64,000 nucleotides of DNA, taken from contig JALNXY010000003.1 of the NCBI GenBank assembly GCA_023230105.1, positions 10,998-74,997 of the forward strand, given 5' to 3'. A program made the translations under genes and the position numbers. Positions 9,700-21,000 of this stretch are shown in pieces (the stretch's first letter is position 1; each line of letters begins with the position of its first letter). The DNA comes from Verrucomicrobiota bacterium. GTDB taxonomy: Bacteria > Verrucomicrobiota > Verrucomicrobiia > Limisphaerales > UBA1412. Under the pieces are notes generated by a model. It did not search any database. It was not told the origin of the DNA and saw only the letters and a program-made list of their open reading frames with translations.

Positions 9700-10392
9700 A
9701 TGAGTGTTAAAACTCTACTGGCGCTGGATTTTTCTACCTCATTCCGAACCGTCGCACTTATGGAAATAGGAACACGAAAGCTTCTGGCCTGTTCAAGCAA
9801 ATCCACGGTCTCGGTTCCAACATCGACCTCAGAGGCTGAGGGCATCCATTTTATTATCAACGAGCTACTAAAAAATGCAGGCCTCACCCAAGAGAATGTA
9901 CAGGTGCTCTCACTAGGCATTGGGCCCGGTTCCTACACGGGGGTTCGGTCTACGATTGCCTTAGCCCAGGGCTGGAGTTTATCCGCAAACATAAAACTTG
10001 CTGCAGTGAGCACGCTGGACGCCCTCTCCTTTCGGGCCAATCGACTGGGCTGGAGTGGACGGTACCACATTTTAGTCGATGCTCAGCGCGATGAATATTA
10101 TCACGCCGCCTACAATGCTGCTGATACTTTCACTCTTCCCTGCACATTGGAACCTGTACAAATCCGCACAAGAGAATCGCTTTTGCCCCTCTTTAACAAA
10201 AATGAAAAGGTAGGCGGACCGGATATCAGCGAAAGCTTCCCCGATATCCATCCTCTCTACCCGCAGGCAGAGGATATTGGACTTATTTCCTTATTACAGA
10301 ATAAGTTCATCCAACCGGAGAATCTATCTCCTATCTACTTGAGGCCCCCGCAATTCGTAAAAGCCAAGCCTTACAGGACTCTGCCGCTATGA
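9700..10392 (+). CDS. tsaB: tRNA t6A biosynthesis protein TsaB (YeaZ)
   Basis: LALDFSTS start and GIGPGSYTGVRSTIALAQG motif, about 230 aa. The stop overlaps the alr start (ATGA). Confidence 0.75.
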   Translation: MSVKTLLALDFSTSFRTVALMEIGTRKLLACSSKSTVSVPTSTSEAEGIHFIINELLKNAGLTQENVQVLSLGIGPGSYTGVRSTIALAQGWSLSANIKLAAVSTLDALSFRANRLGWSGRYHILVDAQRDEYYHAAYNAADTFTLPCTLEPVQIRTRESLLPLFNKNEKVGGPDISESFPDIHPLYPQAEDIGLISLLQNKFIQPENLSPIYLRPPQFVKAKPYRTLPL

Positions 10393-11549
10393 TTAATAAC
10401 TCCGCCTACCGCTGCTGGGCAGAAATAGACTTAAGCGCTCTGAGGGAAAACCTCGCATGGATCAGGCACCAGGTCGGCTTGAAAGCTAAAATCATGACCG
10501 TGGTTAAGGCGGATGCTTACGGCCATGGCTTGAAGGAAATAGCTTCCCATCTCATGAACAGCGGAACCAACGCTTTCGGGATAGCCAATCTCAAAGAGGC
10601 TCATGACATCCGTACTCGCGGTGAAGGCTGGCCGATCCTCATGCTGGGAGCCTGTATTCCCGGAGAAATGGAGTATGCTATTCAACAGAATGTCATGGTG
10701 ACGGTTTCCACTCCTGAGGAAATATCAAGTCTTTCACGCATTGCTACCCAATTAAAAAAACAAGCCCTAATCCAAATTAAGATAGATACGGGAATGGGTA
10801 GATTGGGGGTTGATATTTCCCAGGCATACGATTTTATCAAGCAAGCTCTTAAACTTCAAAACGCAACTCAAAGTATTTTGATCAAAGGGGTTTATACACA
10901 TTTAGCCGCAGTTGAAGATGATGAAGAGTTTACACAATCTCAACTGGCTCCGTTTCGAGCTTTGCTTGATCAACTCCGCAAAGATAACATTTTCCTGGAT
11001 TATATCCATGCCAGCAGCAGTGGCGGCATTCTTTTTGAAAACATTGATTTATTTAACACCTTCCGTCCCGGTTTGATCACCTATGGGATAGCCCCCTCGG
11101 GGCTGAGAAACCAAACCGCTAAAATCCAGAAGTTTTTAGTACCTGCTCTCTCCCTTAAAACTCGTGTTTCATTAGTAAAAAACATATCGGCCGGAAAAAC
11201 ATTGAGTTATGGGCACACCTTTGTCGCTCCCGGAGCCATGCGTATCGCTACACTTACAGCAGGTTATGGCGATGGATATCACCGTGCGATATCCGGACGA
11301 GGGAGCGTATTGATTCATGGAAAGGTGTGTCCCATTTTAGGGCGCATAACCATGGATCAGATGATCGTTGACGTTTCTTCTGTGGAGGGCGTTTCTTCAG
11401 GCGATGAAGCCGTACTGATTGGAAAACAGGGAAAAGAAGAAATCACCGCAGCTTTAGTTGCTGAGTGGGCAGATACAATCCCGTGGGAAGTTTTTACATC
11501 TATCAGCCACCGGGTACGCAGAATCTACCTTGGCATCTCTGCGTCATAG
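10389..11549 (+). CDS. alr: alanine racemase
   Basis: PLP-lysine motif VVKADAYGHG, YTHLA, GYGDGY, RITMDQ. Confidence 0.9.
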   Translation: MINNSAYRCWAEIDLSALRENLAWIRHQVGLKAKIMTVVKADAYGHGLKEIASHLMNSGTNAFGIANLKEAHDIRTRGEGWPILMLGACIPGEMEYAIQQNVMVTVSTPEEISSLSRIATQLKKQALIQIKIDTGMGRLGVDISQAYDFIKQALKLQNATQSILIKGVYTHLAAVEDDEEFTQSQLAPFRALLDQLRKDNIFLDYIHASSSGGILFENIDLFNTFRPGLITYGIAPSGLRNQTAKIQKFLVPALSLKTRVSLVKNISAGKTLSYGHTFVAPGAMRIATLTAGYGDGYHRAISGRGSVLIHGKVCPILGRITMDQMIVDVSSVEGVSSGDEAVLIGKQGKEEITAALVAEWADTIPWEVFTSISHRVRRIYLGISAS

Positions 11550-12008
11550 CCGCTTCAGTGCTCAGCTTTTCATCTCTCGCATATTTCATCGAGGCATATT
11601 TGCGTTTTTTCACGCGCTTTATTGACAAACAGGAAAAATCTGCTATCTGTTATTCAGTGTTTGTGTTTGAAGTGTAGCGTTTTTAGAACTCAGCGGCGCA
11701 ACTATCGAATATGAACGCCTTAGTATTGAGCTGTAGAGATTCTGCCTCAGAGGGAACGCTGGGTATTGGTGTTTCCCGGGCTTCGTGCCAGGCAGCCCAA
11801 GCGTTGGAAAGGGCTCTGAAACATGAGTAGGAAATGCTATTCAAAACTGGAAGTCATTCTCTTAAGTGAATGGCAGGTAGGCCATGTTTCATTCTGCACT
11901 TTTTACGTCCATTTCAATTCTCAATATTCGTTTCAATCCATTCGAAAACATAATCAACCAGGGGGAGAGGATATTAGCCTCATCTCTTAATACAGAAAAG
12001 GGAGTTTT

Positions 12009-15000
12009 ATGAACCCATCCATTACAGAAAACGTTAACAATAAGAAAAAGCTTTTTGCGTGGCTTTTTGCGCTACTTTTCCTGGGGAGTATCTCAGCCAA
12101 AGTAAATGCCCTCAACACCCTCCCGCTGGAGACGGCCAATACAGAGCCTGTAGTTGAGGCAGAACGCGCCTTGAGCGCTGAAAACCCGGTGGATATCTAC
12201 GAGATGAGGCTTTTGGCCGGTCATCTCTACCACTTTGAATCCATTGGAGCCGATGATCCCAGGGCTTTTCTCTATGATACGCAAGACTTGAGAGGTGCTC
12301 CTGTGGTTTTCGATGATGATTCCGGAGAAAACCTGAACTTCAAGTTTTCCTACATTCCCGAAATCGGCGGTACTTATTACCTAAAAGTGGAGATGTTTAA
12401 CGGCTACACCAATTTGGTCTACAGTCTACAGCATTTCGTAGCGGCCAATGATCCCTGGGAGCCGGCCGATAATGAGCTTCAGTCGGCAACGATTTTGCTG
12501 CCGGGAGAAGACCTTCAAACACACGGAGTCCACTTTCTGCATCCTGCCGATGTACGTGATCTATTCTGCGTTACGATGAAGGCAGGAACCCGTTACACCG
12601 TAGAATCGGATAGCCAGGGCCATGTTCAGGCTGCGCTCTATCAGTTTAATCAGGAAGGAGTGCTTGAGCTTTTGACATTGAGCCAAAGTCAATATGGTGA
12701 AGACAACACGCAGCTTGAGAATTTCAAGCTGGTCTATCAACCGGTTCAGGATGGTAACTATTACCTGGAAGTGACCCCTCTTTACAGGGATGGCAGCGCC
12801 GTTTATACCCTGAGTTACATAGCTCAGAGTGTGAATGAACTCGGTAACGACACCCCGGAGACCGCGTTGGAGCTGCTGCCCACAACCCAAAGGCAAGCCA
12901 TCAATCCTCGCATACTCAATGATACCTACCCGAGGGATTACTTCAGGGTCTACATGAAGGCCGGAGCAACCTACACATTTGAATCGCTGGTGAAGTCTCA
13001 GCTCATGGCCCGGATTTATGCCCTTGGCGATTGGCAGACACCGCTGGCGAGCGACTCCAATTTTACGCTTCATTTCCGGCCGCCGGTGGATGGATATTAT
13101 ATTCTCCTCGTAGAGCGAGCCTTCCCGAAGCTGGTGGAAGATGCCGACTATACGCTTCTATACCTTTACGAGCCTGAGGATGTTCTCGGTTACAACGAGA
13201 GCGCTGAAACCGCAACGCCCTTGAACAATTTTGGGCAGGAGCCCCTTGAGGTTGGCCCCTATACATTGGGTTCCAGTAATCCCAAAGATGTTTTTGCGAT
13301 CTATTTGCCGATCGGTTTCAGCAATTTTGAGGTATCTGCAAATGGAGATATTTCGGCTCTGCTCTATGATTCAAGCGATCTGCAAACAGCGCTGGGCAAT
13401 CCAAGCCATATTCTGAACAGTTACACCTTGGGGCTAAATTATCGTGTTCACCGTGAGGGTACCTACTATCTGGTGGTGAAGAAGATGAACCCGGATGCCA
13501 CACCCACTTACAGCATTTCCCATTGGAGTACAACGACAAATGAATGGCGTGACCCACAGGATATAAATGAGGCTGTAACTCTTCTGGATATCACTACAGA
13601 AACGCAATATTTTGGTCCCAGAAAGCTTGGCGGTGCTAATACACAGGATGTCTACAAATTCTATCTGGAAGCAGGTGTTCGCTACTGGTTTGACTGCGAT
13701 AAAACTAGTTATTACTTGGATTCTTATCTCTATGACAATCCGAACATAGTCAGCGGCCATGTTGCGAGTTCGTCGTATTGCGACATCGCTTATATTCCCA
13801 GCCAGAGCGGTGTTTATTACCTGAAGGTGACAAACTCTAACAGCACTTACACGCTCAAGTATTCACGTCAGGGTTGGGACCCGTGGGACCCGATTGATAA
13901 CACGGCTGAAGGAGCGACTTTGTTGGTTCCGACCACTGAGGAGCAGAAGCATGGCCCCCATACGCTCAACGCTTCAGATACGCAGGATGTCTACAAATTC
14001 TATCTGGAAGCAGGTGTTCGCTACTGGTTTGACTGTGATAAAACTAGTTATTACTTGAATTCTTATCTCTATGACAATCCGAACATAGCCAGCGGAGAAG
14101 TTGCGGTTTCGTGGTATTGCGACTTCACTTATATTCCCAACCAGAGCGGTGTTTATTACCTAAAGGTGACAAACTCTAACAGCACTTACACGCTCAAGTA
14201 TTCACGTCAGGGTTGGGACCCGTGGGACCCGATTGATAACACGGCTGAAGGAGCGACTTTGTTGGTTCCGACCACTGAGGAGCAACAGCACGGCTCCCAC
14301 ACGCTCAACGCTTCGGATACGCAGGATGTCTTTAAATTCTATCTGGAAGCGGGTATTCAATACTGGTTTGACTGTGATAAAACTAGTTATTACTTGGATT
14401 CTTATCTCTATGACAATCCGAACATAGTCAGCGGCCATGTTGCGAATTCGTCGTATTGCGACATCGCTTATATTCCCAGCCAGAGCGGTGTTTATTACCT
14501 GAAGGTGACAAACTCTAACAGCACTTACACGCTCAAGTATTCACGTCAGGGTTGGGACCCGTGGGACCCAATCGATAACACGGCAGAAGGAGCGACTTTG
14601 CTGGTTCCGACCACTGAGGAGCAACAGCACGGCTCCCACACGCTCAATGCTTCGGATACGCAGGATGTCTTCAAATTCTATCTGGAAGCAGGTGTGCGCT
14701 ACTGGTTCGGTTGTACTAAAAATAGTTATTACCTGTATTCTCATCTCTATGACAACCCGAGTCTGAGCGGTGACCATGTTGCCTTTGCGTGGTATGGCGA
14801 CTTCACATATACCCCCAGCCAAAGCGGTGTCTATTATCTGAAGGTGAGCAATGGCGATACTTACACGCTCAAGTATTCGCGTCAGGGTTGGGACCCGTGG
14901 GATCCACTCGATAACACGGCTGAAGGAGCTACCCTGCTTATCCCCACCACTGAGGAACAGCAGCATGGATCTCATACGCTTAATGCTTCAGATACGCAAG

Positions 15001-18000
15001 ATGTCTTCAAATTCTATCTGGAAACAGGTGTGCGCTACTGGTTCGGTTGTACTAAAAATAGTTATTACCTGTATTCTCATCTCTACGACAACCCGAGTCT
15101 GAGCGGTGAACATGTTGCCTTTGCGTGGTATGGTGACTTCACTTATACCCCCAGCCAAAGCGGTGTCTATTATCTGAAGGTGAGCAATGGCGATACTTAC
15201 ACGCTCAGGTGGAATGGCGGTTTGGGGGATCGTTCACCGTCACCCTTAGGGATACAAGCGACTCTGGAAGAGCAAAGTGCCATTACCGTGAGTTGGGAGG
15301 CATTGCCTGATCTCTACTACCAGGTATATCGAAGCATTCACGAAAAAGGAACAAAGGAACTGGTCAGTAATTGGATACAGAGTAATCTTTACGCAGATGA
15401 CTCTGCCTCCTTTGAAACCCGATACTACTATTGGGTTCGCTCTGCAATAGATCCTGAGGGTGGAAACGCAGGTAATTTCAGTCTTTTTGCCGAAGGTTTC
15501 CGTCCGGCAACCTTCGCGCCGCATTTCCTGCAAGAACCCGAAGCCCAGGTCTCCTATGAAGGTCAGAGGGTCGTTTTCCGTGCTGAAGTGATTGAGTATC
15601 CCGCTTACACCTACAGCTGGCAATGGTTTAAAAACGGAGTGGAAATTGAAGGAGCGACCGAATCCCGGCTGGTTTTGGAGGGAGTTACGCTCATTGATGC
15701 AGGCAATTACTCCGTCAGTGCAAGCAACGAGATGGGCACCACTCTTTCAGCTCAGGCGCCGCTGACCCTAGTAGCAGTTCCGGCGACGATCTACGTTAAT
15801 GCCCTGGATCAACACTATTTCCTGGACCTGCCCCCCCCGGTTTTGACGTGGATCGCTCGGGATTCTCAGGGTAATGATGTGACGGAGCGCATCATTGGTA
15901 AGCCGCTCCTGCAAATCCCCAAAGAAGCCTATAACACCCCGGGGAATTACCAGATCGGCATAGAAGCGGGCACACTGAGCGGCGCCAACTTTATTTTGGC
16001 TGGTGCATGCTGGGTTACCGAAAAACCACTCTTTACCCTAAGCGCCCAGAATGCAGTCCGTGTATTGAGTGTTGAAAACCCGGCTTTCGCCTATTCTGCG
16101 GTGGATCGCTCGGGGCGTGATGTCAGTGCCGAACTCGAAGGAGAGCCATCAATCCTCTGCGATGCAAACCTTCTGAGTCCTGCGGGCGAATACCCGATTC
16201 ATATCTGGACTGGCACGCTAAGTAGTGAGAAGGTCGACTACAAATTTGAGGCCGGGGTGCTCAGTGTTATTGATACGGAAGATGCCCCGGTGATTCTGGA
16301 GCAGCCTGCCGACAGCTTCCCGATTGTGGGGCTACCCTTCAGCCTGAATGTTGTTGCCGAAGGCGCCTTCCGCTATCAATGGTTTAAAGATGGCGAGCCG
16401 ATTACAGGCGCAATTGCTGCAACATTGCAATTCAATGCAGCATACAAAGAGCAGAGCGGAGTCTACACGGTGGCCGCGATCGGTTACGGCCAAACAATAA
16501 GCCGTGAAGCCCGTGTTCTGGTGACTGACGCACCTGAAGGGGAACTGGGTATCCCATCTGGCAGTCTGTATGACTTCCCGGTTTTTGGCATGTGCCTCAA
16601 CGGTGATTATGCTTATCTGGCCTGCGGAACCAATGGTCTGCGAATAGTGAACGTGGCTGATCCGGCCAATGTTTTCGAGGTGGGTGTCTACATTCATGAG
16701 TTTGAACCTGAAGAAGGCGAAGATGGTGAACCGATTGAGCCTCCGCCGCCGATTGAGTTCTATGATGTGGATGTCGTTGGATTCATCGCCTGTACTGCGA
16801 CAGGTAGTACCGGTTTAATGGTGCTGGATGTCTCCAACCCGGCTGAACCGACGTTGCTGGCCTGGGATGCCGGGGAAACAACCTATCAGGTTCGGTTGAG
16901 CAACGCGATTGAAACCGAGACTCAGGCTGATATCTACGCTTATAGCATCGTAGACAGCACTTCAAGCCTCAGGGTGAGAAGAATCAGAGTCGATGATAAT
17001 ACCGGTGTCACACTTACTTACATTCGCAGTGTGGGAACTGGGACTCGTGCAAATGATATCTACCTGAGAGAGGGACGGCTCTATCTGTCGCGGCCCGATG
17101 GAACTCTATTGGTATACGACATCAGCACTACGCCCGATAACCCCAAACAGATTAATAACGTTTGGCTTTCCCGAGAGATGTTGGCAGTTTATGCCACTGA
17201 CCACTATCTCTTTGCGGCCTGCGGCAATGATGGCGTGAAAATATATCTCTTCCGAAATAATGGAAGTCTCAAGCTGGTGAGCCAGGCATTGACACCGGGC
17301 TTTGCGGAGCTCTTGAGCGGCTATGGGAACAACCTCTACGTGGGTGATTCCTACGGAGGCTTGCAAGTCATCAGCCTTCTGAATCCCGCAGCCCCGAGGC
17401 TGGTCGGCAACTACCCCAACCTTGTAGGAATACAGGATATCAAGGTGGATAATGGAGTCGTTTTCACTACGGGTGAAAACGGTTTCAAACCGTGCGATAA
17501 AACTATCCAGACCGATACCATTCTGGTTCGCGCATTGGATGAGGGCAAAGCTTTCGGAGTTGATAACCCCGAATGGCGTTACCTGATCACTGATGGTGTC
17601 GGCAACGACCTGTCCGATTACATTGTGGGCGATCCGCTCATCAGCTCTACCGCAACGGTGGACAGTCCTCCGGGGCAATACCCCATTTTGATCTCCGCCG
17701 GCAGTCTCTATTCACCCGACTATCAGCTCACATTCCAAAATGCCACCCTGACAGTCTTTGATATGGACGCCATCTCATACAACCTGATTGTTCCTGAATC
17801 AGTAGGGCGCCATGCTCTGGCCACACTCTATGTGGAGTATGAAAATACAGGCACCTTGCCGATTACCTCCCCGGTGCTGGTTGTTTATGGTTCAGAAAAA
17901 GCGCTCATGACACTGGATGCATCCATCGTGACGGCCGGTTTCTGGACCTCAAGCAAGCCTCAGGGCTTTAACGACACCATTGAGATATTGGCCAGCGGAC

Positions 18001-21000
18001 AAACTCCGGGCGTATTAATGCCGGGAGAAAAAGGCAGAGTACCAGTCTATTATGCGGGTCTTCTTCAGCCCTGGAGCTGGGAACCCAAAGTAGACTTCTA
18101 CATTACGGTCATGGCCAGTAAAGATACTTACCCCATGAATTACGATGCACTCTATCAGACGCTGAATTTTGGCACTGAAGACCCTGAGGCGATCAGCGTC
18201 CTATGGAACAACTTCAAACAAATGGTAGGGCCGACCCGTGGGGATTACGTGAGCATGCTCAGCCGCAATGCTCAGGCCCTTTATGCAATGGGTGTTACGG
18301 AAAACAGCGTTCATCGTTTGCTTGAGTATGAGTTCCTGAAAGACGCCGGTTTCTCGGTAGTATCAAGCCTGGCTTCGAGCGTAGATATACAGGTGCAGGC
18401 CCCTGCAACGTCTTTACGCTTCAACCGGGTTTTCTATCATGGACTTCTGCCCAGTTACAGACTCAATCTGGAAGCACCGGGTTGCAGCGCGCTGGGAAGA
18501 GGCTGGGATCATAACTGGAATTACCGCCTGGTGCAGATAAAGAAGAATGAACCAATTATTGTTCGCACGCCCGGCGGTGCAGAGCGTGTCTTCCAACCCG
18601 ATAGCCGCTACAGTAACCGTTATTTCTCCTCCCCGGGTGATTATGGCGTACTGACAGCCCGCTGGGATGGTGAGGCTCTGCAGGATTGCACACTTGTGGA
18701 AGCCAATGGCAACACGTTTAAGTTTGACTCTTCAGGGCTTCTTATTCAGATGTTGGCTCCCGGCGGCAAAGCAGGTGTGACACTCACCTACACCGAAGGA
18801 TGTCTGGTGAAGCTTACGCACTCTGCGGGCCAAACACTGAGCTTGAGCCGTGGCGGCGGCAAGTACAACGCAATTACGTCCATTGCCGATCAGGATGGCC
18901 GCTCGGTGAGCTACACCTATACAGCCGATGGCGAGCAGATAGAATCATTCACCGACGAAAATGGGCTTGTCACCTCCTACAGCTACAGCCGAGGCAATAA
19001 AGCCAACTACTATATGCTCAAATCCGTCCTCCATAGGGATGCCACACAATCTAACTATACGTATGATGGTATGGGACGCATTGTGAGCTTCACACAGGCT
19101 GATGGGGCTCTGCCCTTGACTTTCAGCTATGAGAATAACGGCTTGATCCATCAGACCGATGCATTGGGAGTAAATATGTCGTTCCGGTTCAACGTAGATG
19201 GAATGATCACTGAAGTCGGAAATACCGATGGCACAACACTAAATAACGAGTATGACTCACAGAAAAATCTGATCCGGTATAGCGATCGTCAGGGGAACAT
19301 CTTCAAGTTCACCCACAAAAACGGACACGTTACCCGGGCTGATCTGCCAAATTCTCTCTGGACTCAGTACACTTGGGATGGAGGCTTATTGAAGAGCTTT
19401 ACCAATCCGAAGGGTGCCGTTACGCGGTTTGATTACGATCAGGGGATGCTCTCGGGCATTCGCTATGCAGATGGCACAGTCCAGCGCAATGAGTTTGATG
19501 CGCAGGGCAACGTTAAAAAGGTGACTAGCCGCCGTGGTGCCTCTGTTGAGTTTGTGAGTGATGAAGACGGCCGCGTGTTGACCAAGCTCTATGAAAATGG
19601 CGAACGCGTGGAATACACCTACAGTGCAGATGGTAGAATGGCAACTGCCGCCTCCTTTGACGCTGAAGGCAAAACCAAAGAAACGATTCAACTGGGATTC
19701 AATGAAAAGAAACTCCTGACCAGTATTGAACACGCCAATGGCCGTAAGATCACGTACACCTACAATGAGCGCGGTTATCGTCAAACTATGAGTGCGGATG
19801 AGCGTACCGTGAGCTACACCTATGATAATCTGGGCCGCTTGGCCCAAGTTCTGGAAGGAGAGACTGTTCTTGTCTCTTACACCTATGATGCTGCGGGTAA
19901 GCCTACCGGCACTCAGATGGGCAATGGCGACCAGATAATCAATACTTACAATAGCGAGGGCAATGTGAGCAGTGTTATCTCTTACAATGCTGCCGGTACA
20001 ATGACCTCTCAAATCCAGTACACCTGGGATAAGGGATTGATGCAGACCCAAACGCTCAATGAAGGTCAATGGAGCTATGAATATGATGTCATGGGGCAGC
20101 TGGTACGTGCGGAGTTTTACTCTTACACTCCGGAAATCCAAAGTTACACGTTGGAATACTCGTACGATGGAATGGGTAATCGTACTCAATCGCGCGTCAT
20201 TCAGGGCGAGACCGCCCATTTGACGGACTATGCGGCCGATAACATGAACCGTTATACGTCCATCAATGGAGCCGCGCTGAGCTATGACCAGGATGGAAAC
20301 ATGACCGGACGCGACCAGTGGGTTTACGAGTATGACGACGAGAACAGACTCTTGAGCGCCTCCAATAGCTCGACCCATTATCAATATGAGTACAGCATAT
20401 TGGGCTATCGCTCAGCCGTGACACTGAACGGAGTTCGCACTGAGTATCTGGTGGATCCAGTGGGGCTTGGCTCGGTAATTTCCGAGTATGTTGGAGGATC
20501 CCTGACGCCCAATGTTCAGTATACCCAAGGCTTGCAGTTGGTGAATAAAATCTCCGGTGACCAAAGCTGGTGGTATCACTACGACGGAATTGGCTCAACC
20601 CTGAACGTTACCGATAATGATGGACTTCTGGTTAACCACTACCTCTATGAGCCGTTTGGGGCTGTTGCCTGGGCTCTGGAGACCATCCCGAATCCCTTCC
20701 GGTTCGTGGGGGCAAATGGCGTAATGGATGATGGCAACGGAATTCATTACATGCGCGCCCGTTATTATTCTGCAAACTTGGGACGATTCTTCTCTGAAGA
20801 CCCGTTGGGCATGAGCTCTGGCGATCCAAACTTGTACAACTACGCCATGAATAATCCGCTGATGCAGATTGATCCTTCAGGCGAAGTTGTACCGCTGGTG
20901 ATATTGGCTTGGGGTGCTGTGGGTGCTGTTGTGGGTGGAACAACCTACGTCATCACGACAGGTATCACAGGTGAAACCAGAACCTTCGGCAAGTTTGCGG

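Noticed and set aside
13545-15212. Tandem repeats as a CRISPR array or as a diversity-generating-retroelement target
   Set aside because: The units are 336-339 bp, contiguous, in frame and without spacers, so this is not CRISPR. No reverse transcriptase or template repeat is present in the window. The differences between copies are not restricted to positions that would correspond to template adenines.
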